From Clostridium sp. CAG:343 (lineage in GTDB: Bacteria; Bacillota; Clostridia; Lachnospirales; Lachnospiraceae), in NCBI GenBank assembly GCA_963634745.1, contig CAVHCX010000003.1, positions 66,435 to 130,434 on the forward strand: a DNA stretch of 64,000 nt, written 5' to 3'. The notes under the pieces were generated by a model. That model made no database searches. It worked only from the letters and a program-made list of their open reading frames with translations, and was not told where the DNA came from. Of the stretch, positions 1 to 9,284 are shown one piece after another (within the stretch, counting starts at the first letter, position 1; every line of letters starts with the position of its first letter). A program made the position numbers and the translations under genes.

Positions 1-298
1 CCTTGCCCTTAAACCACTTGGGCTCTGTCAGGCAGGAAATCATGGTCGCTCCCGCCTCCTCATAGTCCTTTGCGATCTGAAGATAGGGAAATTCCCTTGC
101 GATCACTCCCTTAGACGGGGAGGCTTTTTTTACTTCACAGATATAATGGATCCCCTCTTCTTTCAGGGCCTTCTCCACCGGAAATCCCGTGCTAGCATCC
201 ATCAGAAGGGCCTGCCTTCGGATCTCGGAAAAAGGGACCTTATGCTGGGCTTTTTGCACCCTGGTTTTGGCATAAGCTGCCAGTTCATCTAAAATCAT
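1..298 (-). CDS. trpC: indole-3-glycerol phosphate synthase, N-terminal part (gene runs off window start)
   Basis: Not in the ORF track. Hand translation of the minus strand from ATG 298..296 gives MILDELAAYAKTRVQKAQHKVPFSEIRRQALLMDASTGFPVEKALKEEGIHYICEVKKASPSKGVIAREFPYLQIAKDYEEAGATMISCLTEPKWFKGK. EVKKASPSKG and ISxLTE are IGPS hallmarks. GGAG RBS at 304-307. Follows trpD in canonical operon order. Confidence 0.85.
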   Translation of the reverse strand, partial: MILDELAAYAKTRVQKAQHKVPFSEIRRQALLMDASTGFPVEKALKEEGIHYICEVKKASPSKGVIAREFPYLQIAKDYEEAGATMISCLTEPKWFKGK

Positions 299-338
299 AA
301 TTTCTCCATCCTATATATTCTGTCCGATTCATCCTGCC

Positions 339-1349
339 CTACACACTCTGTGTAGCTTCTTTAAATGCTTCCAATTTTTCCAGTGCCTTTCCGGAATCGA
401 TTAAGTCTCCGGCAAGCTTAACTCCCTCTTCCAAGCTGTCTGCTTTTCCGGCCAAATAAAGGCTCATGCCGGCATTCATCTGAACCACCTGGCGTTTTGG
501 TCCTTTCTCTTTTCCGGATAAAATATCTCTTGTAATCTGGGCATTTTCCTCTGGGCTTCCCCCGATCAAATCCTCAAGGTCGCAGGTCTTAAAGCCAAAC
601 TGCTCCGGGGTGATCTCATAATTTGTAATGGCACCATGGTTGATCTCATATACCTTGGTAGGCCCTGCCAGTGTAATCTCATCCAGGCCGTTTCCGTAGA
701 CAGAGGCCCCTCTTACCACTCCCAGGTTGGAAAGAACTTTAGCTAGAGGCTCTGCCAATTTTTCATCATAAACTCCAAGAAGCTGCAAATTTGCTGCTGC
801 CGGGTTAGTTAAGGGTCCTAAAATATTAAATACGGTTCGAATTCCGATTTCCTTACGTACCGGTCCGACATACTTCATGGAAGAGTGATAAATCTGGGCA
901 AACAAGAAGCAGATTCCGACTTTTTTCAAAATTTCCTCATTCTGAGCTGCATCCAGATTTAAATTCACACCCAAATTTTCTAAGACATCTGCGGCTCCGC
1001 TTTTACTGGAAACGCTGCGGTTGCCATGCTTTGCAACCGGAACTCCTGCAGAGGCAATGACAAAGGCGGAAGTGGTGGAAATATTAAAGGTTCCCACCTC
1101 GTCTCCACCGGTTCCTACAATTTCCAGGACGTCCCCTTCGGTATTGACCTTGATCCCCTTGGCTCTCATCCCCTTGGCCAGGGCTGTGATCTCCTCGATG
1201 GTCTCTCCCTTCATACGAAGGCCTGTAAGAAATGCGGACATCTGGGCCTGGCTGGCATTTCCGGACATAATTTCATCCATAACAGCCTCGGCCTCAGCTG
1301 CTGTTAAATCCTCACTATTTACTACTTTATAAATTGCTTCCTTAATCAT
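339..1349 (-). CDS. trpD: anthranilate phosphoribosyltransferase
   Basis: 336 aa. Shows the GTGGD motif (IVGTGGDEVGTFNISTT), KHGNRSVSSKSGAADVLE, and glycosyltransferase family 3 architecture. Lies in trp operon context. Confidence 0.95.
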   Translation of the reverse strand: MIKEAIYKVVNSEDLTAAEAEAVMDEIMSGNASQAQMSAFLTGLRMKGETIEEITALAKGMRAKGIKVNTEGDVLEIVGTGGDEVGTFNISTTSAFVIASAGVPVAKHGNRSVSSKSGAADVLENLGVNLNLDAAQNEEILKKVGICFLFAQIYHSSMKYVGPVRKEIGIRTVFNILGPLTNPAAANLQLLGVYDEKLAEPLAKVLSNLGVVRGASVYGNGLDEITLAGPTKVYEINHGAITNYEITPEQFGFKTCDLEDLIGGSPEENAQITRDILSGKEKGPKRQVVQMNAGMSLYLAGKADSLEEGVKLAGDLIDSGKALEKLEAFKEATQSV

Positions 1350-1421
1350 GTTGCTCTCCTTTCGCCTACAGGCGTCTGCCTCTTTCCGGCAGTCTCTATA
1401 AACAAGTGCCTATACCTATCA

Positions 1422-1988
1422 CTATAAATTCAAAAAGTTCTCCATCAGGATCCGTCCCTCGGGAGTTAAAATGGATTCCGGATGAAATTGCAGTCCATAT
1501 ACCGGATATTCCTTATGCTGTACCGCCATAATCTCCCCCTCCGGGGCTGTGGCTATAACCTCCAATTCTTCCGGCAGGGTCTCCTTTACTGCCACCAAAG
1601 AATGATATCTGGCTCCGTCCATCTCTTTTCCCAAGCCCTGAAACAGGGGGCTGTCTCCTACAAGCTCCATGGAACTTTTCTTTCCATGCATAAGCTTTGG
1701 AGCTCTGGCGATCGTAGCTCCAAAGGCCTCACAGATGGCCTGATGACCTAAGCATACTCCTAAAATCGGGATCTTTCCCTTTAATTTTTTTACGACTTCC
1801 TCGCAGACACCTGCATCCTTGGGATAACCGGGTCCGGGAGATAAGATAATATGGTCCGGTGCCAGAGCTTCGATTTCTTCTACTGTCATGGCATCATTTC
1901 GAATGACCTGAATATCCGGTTCAATGCTTCCGGCCAACTGCACCAGATTGTAAGAAAAGCTGTCATAATTATCAATCAAAAGTACCAT
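1422..1988 (-). CDS. trpG: anthranilate synthase component II (glutamine amidotransferase, TrpG/PabA type)
   Basis: 188 aa class-I GATase. Shows the catalytic LGVCLGHQ and the C-terminal FHPES motif. Its start overlaps the trpE stop (TAATG at 1986-1990), consistent with translational coupling. Confidence 0.9.
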   Translation of the reverse strand: MVLLIDNYDSFSYNLVQLAGSIEPDIQVIRNDAMTVEEIEALAPDHIILSPGPGYPKDAGVCEEVVKKLKGKIPILGVCLGHQAICEAFGATIARAPKLMHGKKSSMELVGDSPLFQGLGKEMDGARYHSLVAVKETLPEELEVIATAPEGEIMAVQHKEYPVYGLQFHPESILTPEGRILMENFLNL

Positions 1989-3445
1989 TAGTCCAGCACC
2001 TCCTTCGCATTTTTGATGGCGTTCATAACTGCCGCTGCCTTATTTGCAGATTCTTCATATTCATTTTCCGGAATACTGTCAGCCACGATTCCACCGCCGG
2101 CCTCCACATAAACCCTGCCGTTTTTCTTTACTGCCATACGGATGGCGATACAGGTGTCTAGGTTTCCGGTAAAATCCAGATAACCTAGGGCTCCTCCGTA
2201 AATGCCCCGCTCCTCGCTTTCCATCTCCTCAATGATCTGGCAAGCTCTGATCTTTGGGGCCCCGGAGAGGGTTCCTGCCGGCAGGACCGACTCTATGGCA
2301 TCCAGCCCATCCTTATCAGGACTGATATTACTTTCCACCTGGGAGCAAATATGCATGATCTTGGAATATTTGTGGATCATCATATATTCTGTAACTTCCA
2401 CCGAATCAAATTTAGAAATCCGTCCCAGATCATTTCTTCCAAGATCCACCAACATGTTGTGTTCCGAAAGTTCTTTTTCATCCCCTAAGAGATCTTTTTC
2501 AAGGGCCAAATCTTCTTCCTCTGTCTTTCCTCTGGGCCTTGAGCCTGCCACAGGAAAGGTCGTCAGTCTGCCATTTTGAAGTCTTACCAGGGTCTCCGGG
2601 GAGCTGCTCATAAGCTCCTCATCATCGATTTTCATAAATACCATATAAGGAGAGGGGTTGGTAGTCCGAAGCACCCGGTATGGGTTAATCAGGCTTCCCT
2701 CGTAGGGACTGCTAAACTGTCTTGCGATCACCGCCTGGAAAATATCCCCGTCCACGATATATTCCTTGGTTTTTTCAATGATCTTACAGTATTCTTCCTT
2801 ACTCACATTACAGGTAAAATCAATTTTAGTTTCAGAAACAGGGACCTCTTTTACCTCTGCCTGGCGGATCATATGGATAATACTCTGAATATCCGCCGTT
2901 GCCTTTCCATAATTTTCCATCACCTTGTCGGTCTTCATATTTACAATAATGCAAATCTTTTGTTTTAAGTGATCATAGGCAATGACCTTGTCAAACATCA
3001 TAAGGTCGTAATCATGAAAGGTTCCCTTCTTAATTTTTAAGACCGGCTCTGCATATCCCATCATCGCATAGGCAAAATAGCCAACTAAGCCTCCGGCAAA
3101 AGGGGGAAGGTTCTCAAGCCTTGGAGCTTTATAGTCCTTCATGATCTCCCTTAAAACATCCAAAGGCTTCTTTGTAGGGATCTTGTCCTCCTTGCCATCC
3201 TGCTCGATGGTAACTGTATCATTTTCACAGTAAACCCGCATAATAGGATCAAATCCTAAGAAGGAATAGCGTCCCCATTTTTCACCGCCCTCGATACTCT
3301 CCAATAAATAATATCGTTTGCTCAATCCTGCAATCTTTCGAAGCAGGGTAATTGGTGTTACAACATCTGCATAAATCTCCTTGCAAACCGGCACAATATC
3401 GTAGGATTCTGCCAATTTTAAGATTTCGTCACATTCCGGATACAT
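1988..3445 (-). CDS. trpE: anthranilate synthase component I
   Basis: 485 aa chorismate-binding enzyme. The C-terminal block GIYGGALGYLDFTGNLDTCIAIRM....GGGIVADS is typical of TrpE. First gene after the T-box leader. Confidence 0.95.
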   Translation of the reverse strand: MYPECDEILKLAESYDIVPVCKEIYADVVTPITLLRKIAGLSKRYYLLESIEGGEKWGRYSFLGFDPIMRVYCENDTVTIEQDGKEDKIPTKKPLDVLREIMKDYKAPRLENLPPFAGGLVGYFAYAMMGYAEPVLKIKKGTFHDYDLMMFDKVIAYDHLKQKICIIVNMKTDKVMENYGKATADIQSIIHMIRQAEVKEVPVSETKIDFTCNVSKEEYCKIIEKTKEYIVDGDIFQAVIARQFSSPYEGSLINPYRVLRTTNPSPYMVFMKIDDEELMSSSPETLVRLQNGRLTTFPVAGSRPRGKTEEEDLALEKDLLGDEKELSEHNMLVDLGRNDLGRISKFDSVEVTEYMMIHKYSKIMHICSQVESNISPDKDGLDAIESVLPAGTLSGAPKIRACQIIEEMESEERGIYGGALGYLDFTGNLDTCIAIRMAVKKNGRVYVEAGGGIVADSIPENEYEESANKAAAVMNAIKNAKEVLD

Positions 3446-3523
3446 TTTTCTTCCTCCTTATATGTAAATATATTACTCTGTAAATATATTGTCAGGATAG
3501 CTAGCTTTAGATTCAGTAAGAAT

Positions 3524-3561
3524 AAAAAAAGCCTCTGTCCCCATGTAAAGGGACAAAAGCT
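3524..3561 (-). terminator. T-box leader intrinsic terminator
   Basis: Minus strand reads AGCTTTTGTCCCTTTACATGGGGACAGAGGCTTTTTTT: a GC-containing hairpin followed by a U7 tract. Its 5' arm lies immediately 3' of the T-box sequence, so alternative pairing as an antiterminator is possible. Confidence 0.8.
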
Positions 3562-3818
3562 TTAGAATCTTCTGCGGTACCACCCAATTTGTCTGATTAG
3601 ACCTCTCTCTTATGCACGACCATGCATACCCGGTTGATAACGGATAGGGCTCCCGTTGACATCTACTCTCTAATCTTATTCTAGATTTCAAGCCACTCTC
3701 TCAAGTCCATTCAACCAAGGCTCTTGTTATCGCCCTCTCACCACCGGCAACTCTCTTTGAACAGATTCATTGGTCTACTTCTCTTGATCTTCGATTTAGT
3801 GTACTAACGTGTTAAATT
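3524..3818 (-). promoter_or_regulatory. T-box riboswitch leader, tRNA-Trp specific
   Basis: Minus strand contains Stem-I type AGAGAG and GGTGGTGAGAG elements. The specifier-loop context is GAA-TGG-A (UGG at 3709..3707). The conserved T-box AAATTGGGTGGTACCGCAG lies at about 3573-3591, followed by the terminator. Confidence 0.85.
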
Positions 3819-3824
3819 TCCTTA

Positions 3825-3853
3825 AGTATATGCGTCTATTTTGGGTTTGTCAA
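3825..3853 (-). promoter_or_regulatory. sigma-A type promoter of the trp leader
   Basis: Minus strand has TTGACA (3853..3848), a 17-nt spacer, then TATACT (3830..3825). Confidence 0.6.
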
Positions 3854-3895
3854 CCCGTTTTTTCAAGATTACCTACTCTTTTTACCGACCTCTTT

Positions 3896-4771
3896 TTATA
3901 TATCTCCTAATTCCTCTTTAAAGCCTTCACCCACGACTTCATTGGATTCCACAATAATGGTAAAGGCTTTGGGATCAATGGTATGGACCATCTTCTTTAT
4001 GGTATACATTTGCTTGTTATTGCAGGCACACATAATGATATCTTTATCCTTCTGGGTATAACTTCCGATTCCCTTGATAATGGTAGATCCCCGGCCGGAA
4101 TATTCGTCGATCCGGTCTGCAATCTCCTGGCCTCTCCCCTTCTCGGTTACGATCAAGGTCATCTTTCCCTCGTCGATTCCATACATGATGCGGTCCATAA
4201 CCCAGGCCATAAGATAGGTAACAATGACACCGTAAATCAATCCATCTATATCCTTAAATACCAATACGGTTCCTAAAATAATGGTACAGATATCTAACAC
4301 AAAGGTAATGATTCCTAAGGTAATATGGGGTTTCACTTTCTTGATGGACATGGAAATAAAATCCTGGCCTCCTGTGGAGGAACCTCTCATAAAGATCAAT
4401 GCATAACCTGCGCCACTTAAAACACCCATACAGAGGGCTGCCAAAAATCTGCTGCCGTCATAAACCGGTAACAGAGGCGCCACATAGTCCATAAGGATGG
4501 ATCCGATCACCATAGACTTTACGGATTTAAAGAAAAAGGTCTTCCCCAAAAATTTATAACATAAGATTGCTACCGGAATATTTAAAAGCAGGGTTCCGGC
4601 TCCCACCGGTATTTTAAACAAATGATAGAGAATAATGGCCATTCCCGAAAATCCTGCCACGGGGAAATTGGCATTTAAGGCGAAATTATAAAGGGCAATG
4701 GCTAGGATCATACCTGCCACAAGGTCCACCAGTATATCAAGTCCTAACTCTTTCCAGTTTATTTTGTTCAC
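3896..4771 (-). CDS. YitT-family membrane protein (DUF2179 C-terminal domain)
   Basis: 291 aa. Has 5-6 predicted TM helices followed by a soluble C-terminal domain (GRGSTIIKGIGSYTQKDKDIIMCACNNKQMYTIKKMV), which is typical YitT/DUF2179 architecture. Confidence 0.8.
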   Translation of the reverse strand: MNKINWKELGLDILVDLVAGMILAIALYNFALNANFPVAGFSGMAIILYHLFKIPVGAGTLLLNIPVAILCYKFLGKTFFFKSVKSMVIGSILMDYVAPLLPVYDGSRFLAALCMGVLSGAGYALIFMRGSSTGGQDFISMSIKKVKPHITLGIITFVLDICTIILGTVLVFKDIDGLIYGVIVTYLMAWVMDRIMYGIDEGKMTLIVTEKGRGQEIADRIDEYSGRGSTIIKGIGSYTQKDKDIIMCACNNKQMYTIKKMVHTIDPKAFTIIVESNEVVGEGFKEELGDI

Positions 4772-4924
4772 GAAAATCTTCCTCCTTCCTTACACTTTGC
4801 TCTCAACGCAAAAAAAGAGCAAACGCAAACCATATCTTACATATAATTCGCACCTGCTCTTATATTACCTATGATAGTCTTACTATCCGGGAATTGTCAA
4901 CCAGAGACCGTGGTTTCGTTGCAT

Positions 4925-7525
4925 TTAATCTTCATAGCTGACTGCACTGGCTAGCAATTTGTCATCTACTACATCTAACTGGATGGTATCTCCTGTTCCT
5001 ACATTTCCTTCCAGCATCAATTTGGCTGCCTGGGTCTCTACGTGTTTCTGAAGATATCTCTTTAGCGGTCTTGCGCCATAGCTTGGCTCATATCCATAGG
5101 TAGCTATGTAATTTTTCGCATTTTCTGTAAGGGAAATCTGTACTTCCCGATCCTGCAATCTCTTATTTACATCTGCCACCATCAAGTCAATAATATGATA
5201 AATATTGTCTTTGCTAAGAGGCTTAAACATAATCGTCTCATCCAAACGATTTAAAAATTCCGGTCTGAAGTGGGCCCTAAGATCATTCATAACTGCTGCC
5301 TTGGCCTCTTCGTTAATCTCTCCCTGATCATTGATTCCATCCAAGAGATACTGGGAACCAATATTGGAGGTCATGATGAGAATGGTATTTTTAAAGTCTA
5401 CCGTTCTTCCCTGGGAATCTGTGATTCGTCCGTCATCCAGTACCTGCAAAAGTACGTTAAAGACATCAGGATGGGCTTTTTCTACCTCATCAAAGAGGAC
5501 AACGGAATAAGGTTTTCTTCTTACGGCCTCTGTAAGCTGTCCTCCTTCGTCATAACCCACATATCCCGGAGGCGCTCCGATTAATCTGGATACGGAATAT
5601 TTCTCCATATATTCACTCATATCGATTCGGACCATATTATTCTCATCGTCAAACAAGCTTTCTGCCAGGGCCTTGGCAAGCTCGGTCTTACCTACACCTG
5701 TAGGTCCAAGGAATAGGAAGGAACCAATCGGCTTGGTAGGATCCTTAATTCCGGCCTTAGACCTGATGATGGCTTCTGTTACAAGCTCCACGCCTTCATC
5801 CTGGCCTATGACACGTTTGTGAAGTTCATCGGCTAAGTGTAAGGTTTTATTCCTCTCACTTTCATTGAGCTTGGCCACCGGAATTCCTGTCCATCTGGAA
5901 ACAATTCTTGCGATCTCATCCTCTGTAACACTTTCATGTACCAGAGAGTTACCTGCCTCTCTCTCCTTGGCTTTTTCTTCTGCCTCCTCCAACTTTTTCT
6001 GAAGTTCAGGAAGTTTTCCAAACTTAAGGGCTGCGGCGCTCTCCAAATCATAGGACTGCTGGGCCTTCTCAATCTCCTTATTAACCTGCTCGATCTCTTC
6101 CCTGATCTTTTGTACCCGTTCGACTTCTACCTTTTCATTGTCCCACTGGGCCTTCTGACCTGCAAATTCTTCTCGAAGCTCTGCCAGCTCTTTTTGAAGA
6201 TTTTCCAGCCGTTCCTTGCTAAGTCTGTCCTCTTCTTTTTTAAGGGCGGCTTCCTCGATCTCTAACTGCATGATCTTTCGCTTTAATTCATCCAGTTCTG
6301 TAGGCATAGAATCTAATTCGGTCTTAATCAGGGCACAGGCCTCATCCACCAGGTCGATGGCCTTGTCCGGAAGGAAGCGGTCAGAAATATAACGGTCGGA
6401 TAGGGTAGCGGCTGCCACCAGGGCACTGTCTGTAATCTTTACTCCATGGAAGACTTCATATCTTTCTTTCAAACCACGGAGAATGGAAATGGCATCCTCC
6501 ACGGTAGGTTCATCCACCATAACCGGCTGGAAACGACGTTCCAGGGCCGCATCCTTTTCAATATACTGTCTGTACTCGTCCAGAGTTGTAGCACCGATAC
6601 AATGGAGTTCACCCCTGGCCAGCATAGGCTTTAGCATATTGCCTGCATCCATAGCGCCGTCAGACTTTCCTGCTCCTACAATGGTATGCAGCTCATCGAT
6701 AAAGAGGATGATTTTTCCCTCGCTGTTTTTTACTTCCTCCAAAACGGCCTTTAACCGTTCCTCAAATTCTCCACGGTACTTGGCACCTGCTACCAAGGCT
6801 CCCATATCCAGGGAGAAAACGGTCTTATCCTTTAAGCCCTCCGGCACATCCCCTCTTACGATACGCTGGGCCAAACCTTCTACAACCGCCGTTTTACCGA
6901 CACCGGGTTCACCGATCAGCACCGGATTATTCTTGGTTTTTCTGGACAGGATCCGAACTACATTTCGAATCTCTGTATCACGGCCAATGACAGGATCTAG
7001 CTTCTGGTCCTTGGCCCGCTCCACCAGATCAATACCATATTTATTTAAGGTATCATAAGTAGCCTCCGGGTTATCACTGGTAACTCTCTGATTACCACGA
7101 ACCGTAGAAAGGGCCTGCAAAAATCCCTCTCTGCTGATTCCGTTCTCCCTGAAAAATGCCTTCATTTCCTTGCTGGCATATTTCATCATAGCCAGGAAAA
7201 GATGCTCCACAGATACGTATTCATCCCCCATCTGCTTGGCCTCATCCTCTGCATAGATCAAAACATTATTAAGGTCCTGGCTGATATATTGCTTGCCCCC
7301 TTGTACCTTGGGACGTTTCCCGATCATCTGCTCCACCTGAGAAATAATGGTAGTTGAATCTAGTCCCATCTTCTCCATAAGCTTTGCAATAAGGCTGTCA
7401 TCCTGGCTTAATAGAGCATATAAAAAATGCTCCTGGGCAATCTCCTGATTTCCATTATCAAGGGCAACTTTCTCACAATCCTGCAGGGCCTGGATTGATT
7501 TTTGAGTAAATTTATTAATGTTCAT
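4925..7525 (-). CDS. clpB: ATP-dependent chaperone/disaggregase ClpB
   Basis: Clp N-domain, two AAA+ modules (GEPGVGKT and GPTGVGKT Walker A) and a long coiled-coil middle domain. I place the start at ATG 7525 ([10 protein letters not shown]...) because AAAGGAGG lies 6-13 nt upstream. The track start at 7555 has no RBS. Confidence 0.95.
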   Translation of the reverse strand: MNINKFTQKSIQALQDCEKVALDNGNQEIAQEHFLYALLSQDDSLIAKLMEKMGLDSTTIISQVEQMIGKRPKVQGGKQYISQDLNNVLIYAEDEAKQMGDEYVSVEHLFLAMMKYASKEMKAFFRENGISREGFLQALSTVRGNQRVTSDNPEATYDTLNKYGIDLVERAKDQKLDPVIGRDTEIRNVVRILSRKTKNNPVLIGEPGVGKTAVVEGLAQRIVRGDVPEGLKDKTVFSLDMGALVAGAKYRGEFEERLKAVLEEVKNSEGKIILFIDELHTIVGAGKSDGAMDAGNMLKPMLARGELHCIGATTLDEYRQYIEKDAALERRFQPVMVDEPTVEDAISILRGLKERYEVFHGVKITDSALVAAATLSDRYISDRFLPDKAIDLVDEACALIKTELDSMPTELDELKRKIMQLEIEEAALKKEEDRLSKERLENLQKELAELREEFAGQKAQWDNEKVEVERVQKIREEIEQVNKEIEKAQQSYDLESAAALKFGKLPELQKKLEEAEEKAKEREAGNSLVHESVTEDEIARIVSRWTGIPVAKLNESERNKTLHLADELHKRVIGQDEGVELVTEAIIRSKAGIKDPTKPIGSFLFLGPTGVGKTELAKALAESLFDDENNMVRIDMSEYMEKYSVSRLIGAPPGYVGYDEGGQLTEAVRRKPYSVVLFDEVEKAHPDVFNVLLQVLDDGRITDSQGRTVDFKNTILIMTSNIGSQYLLDGINDQGEINEEAKAAVMNDLRAHFRPEFLNRLDETIMFKPLSKDNIYHIIDLMVADVNKRLQDREVQISLTENAKNYIATYGYEPSYGARPLKRYLQKHVETQAAKLMLEGNVGTGDTIQLDVVDDKLLASAVSYED

Positions 7526-7576
7526 AAAAACGCCTCCTTTCACAAGGGCATTCACTAAGTCTTCTTACATTTTCGT

Positions 7577-7619
7577 ATTGTACTACCGGTTATTAGCCAC
7601 GTCAAGCCTCGAGTGCTAA
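7577..7619 (-). promoter_or_regulatory. clpB promoter overlapping a degenerate CIRCE-like inverted repeat
   Basis: Minus strand reads TTAGCACTC-GAGGCTTGA-CGTGGCTAA (7619..7593). One arm is a perfect CIRCE half-site and the other is degenerate. TTGACG (7605..7600), a 17-nt spacer and TACAAT (7582..7577) are embedded in it. The layout matches the hsp20 site. Confidence 0.5.
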
Positions 7620-7620
7620 T

Positions 7621-8598
7621 TTATGCAACTCCTCTTCCACTTTTCTTTAAACTGGCCTCAAAGTCTCTTAATTTTCTCTTTGATTCCTCTGAGAGGTTGG
7701 TCGGAACCTGGATCTGTACGGTCACATATTGGTCTCCCTTAAGGGAAGGATTTCTCATAGAAGCAATACCCTTTCCCCGCAGCCTAATCTTTGTGCCGGA
7801 CTGGGTGCCGGCCTTGATTTTACATAGTACATTTCCGGTAAGGGTTTTTACAAGGGCCTCTCCGCCAAGAACTGCCGTAGTAAAGGGAACCTGCACGGTA
7901 TTATATACATCCATGCCCTTTCGTTCAAAGCCCGGTTTTTCTGCAACCTTAACCTTAAGAAGAAGGTCTCCGTCCTTTCCACCGCCGCTTCCCGGCATTC
8001 CCTTTCCCTTTAAGCGGATGCTCTTTCCGGTGTCAATGCCTGCCGGAATATGAACCTGATAGGTTTTTGCCCTTCCGCTTTCCGGGTCTGTAAGCTGTAG
8101 GGTCTTGTCTCCTCCAAAGGCAGCTTCATCAAAGGTCACATTGATGTCTGCCCTGATATCCGCCCCGTCTCTTGCAAAGTTTCCGGAAAATCCGCGATTT
8201 CCTCCCCGGAAGCTGCTGCCTCCGCTAAATCCATGGAAGATATTCTTTAATATATCATCAAAGTCTCCCATGTCCCCTTCATAATAGTACTGGTGGAAGT
8301 TGCCGTTCGGATCACTGTAGGTATAGGTTCCGCCCTGCGGACCTCCGTAGGCGCCTCCTCCCTGGGATTCAAAAGGTGCATTATGGCCAAATTTGTCATA
8401 TTGCTTTCTCTTTTCCGGGTCACTTAAAATGTTATAGGCTTCTGTAGCCTCCTTGAATTTTTCTTCTGCCTGAGGGTTATCCTTATTGGTATCCGGATGG
8501 AATTGCTTTGCTAATTTTCGGTAGGCTTTTTTTATCGCCTTGCTGTCTGCATGTTTATCTATTCCAAGAATTTCATAATAGTCTCTTTTGGTTGCCAA
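7621..8598 (-). CDS. J-domain co-chaperone without zinc finger (CbpA/class II DnaJ-like)
   Basis: 325 aa. J domain with the HPD motif ([10 protein letters not shown]), a G/F-rich linker and two DnaJ C-terminal beta domains. No CxxCxGxG repeats. Confidence 0.85.
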   Translation of the reverse strand: MATKRDYYEILGIDKHADSKAIKKAYRKLAKQFHPDTNKDNPQAEEKFKEATEAYNILSDPEKRKQYDKFGHNAPFESQGGGAYGGPQGGTYTYSDPNGNFHQYYYEGDMGDFDDILKNIFHGFSGGSSFRGGNRGFSGNFARDGADIRADINVTFDEAAFGGDKTLQLTDPESGRAKTYQVHIPAGIDTGKSIRLKGKGMPGSGGGKDGDLLLKVKVAEKPGFERKGMDVYNTVQVPFTTAVLGGEALVKTLTGNVLCKIKAGTQSGTKIRLRGKGIASMRNPSLKGDQYVTVQIQVPTNLSEESKRKLRDFEASLKKSGRGVA

Positions 8599-8613
8599 AA
8601 AAATCCCTCCTTT

Positions 8614-8652
8614 ATCAAAATCCCCCGCAGACCGGTTGCCTGCGGGGGGATT
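8614..8652 (-). terminator. intrinsic terminator after hsp20
   Basis: Minus strand has CCCCCGCAG-gcaaccggt-CTGCGGGGG (9-bp GC stem) followed by ATTTTGAT. Confidence 0.7.
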
Positions 8653-8670
8653 TTGGGAATGTATGAAAGA

Positions 8671-9111
8671 TTAACCTTCAATTGTGATATAATGCTTCTT
8701 CTCTTCTACAGGCTTAGCTTCCTTTTTCGGAACTACAAAGGATAAGACTCCATTCTCATACTTGGGATGGATATCCTCCTCTGCAACATGGTCACCTACA
8801 TTAAAGCTTCTGCTAACACTTCCTGAGAAACGCTCTCTCCGGATAAACTTCTTATTCTTATCTTCATCCTTCTTGTCGCTTTCCTTGGTTGCGTATACGG
8901 TAAGTATGCCATCCTTCAACTGCATCTTAATATCCTGCTTGTCAAATCCCGGCAACTCAATATCTACTTCATAACCTTTCTCCAGCTCTTTCACATCGGT
9001 CATCATCAGGTTCTTCGTATTCTTTCCATATAATTCCTTGCTTACATTCGAAAATGTAGGGAATCCAAAATCATCAAATAAACTTTCTCCAAAAATACTA
9101 GGCATCATCAT
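8671..9111 (-). CDS. Hsp20/alpha-crystallin family small heat-shock protein
   Basis: 146 aa. The alpha-crystallin domain pattern is present (DVKELEKGYEVDIELPGFDKQDIKMQLKDGILTV...ERFSGSVSRSFNV...ENGVLSFVVPK). Confidence 0.9.
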   Translation of the reverse strand: MMMPSIFGESLFDDFGFPTFSNVSKELYGKNTKNLMMTDVKELEKGYEVDIELPGFDKQDIKMQLKDGILTVYATKESDKKDEDKNKKFIRRERFSGSVSRSFNVGDHVAEEDIHPKYENGVLSFVVPKKEAKPVEEKKHYITIEG

Positions 9112-9145
9112 AAGTCATGTCTCCTTTCTTTTTTGTTCTAGGTGT

Positions 9146-9188
9146 AATATAACACCTATTATTAGCACTGTCAAGGGTTGAGTGCTAA
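9146..9188 (-). promoter_or_regulatory. hsp20 promoter with CIRCE operator (HrcA site)
   Basis: Minus strand reads TTAGCACTC-AACCCTTGA-CAGTGCTAA (9188..9162), one mismatch to TTAGCACTC-N9-GAGTGCTAA. TTGACA (9174..9169), a 17-nt spacer and TATATT (9151..9146) are nested in the spacer and right arm. Confidence 0.8.
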
Positions 9189-9284
9189 TTTTTTTCAAAA
9201 AAAATATATTCACCAAAATCAATAGCTGAATTTGATGAATATAATTTTCCTCCATGTTTATGTACTGATACAACCCGCAAAACC

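Noticed and set aside
3473-3691. 72-aa ORF upstream of trpE
   Set aside because: It lies entirely inside the T-box leader RNA, spanning the T-box sequence and terminator. It has no RBS.
6483-7058. 191-aa plus-strand ORF, plus several shorter ones, inside clpB
   Set aside because: It is an antisense shadow ORF of a highly conserved gene, with a Ser/Pro/Arg-rich composition typical of reverse-frame translation.
7526-7555. Longer N-terminal extensions offered by the track: clpB 7555, GH3 23935, permease 17282, kinase 11115, HTH 51481
   Set aside because: In each case a downstream start has a proper Shine-Dalgarno sequence, and the extension either overlaps the neighbouring gene or lacks an RBS. 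Coordinates were trimmed in the feature list.
7556-7620. CtsR operator (tandem GGTCAAA repeats) in front of clpB and hsp20
   Set aside because: Only single GTCAAG heptad-like matches are present, and they are part of the CIRCE spacer. No tandem direct repeat was found.
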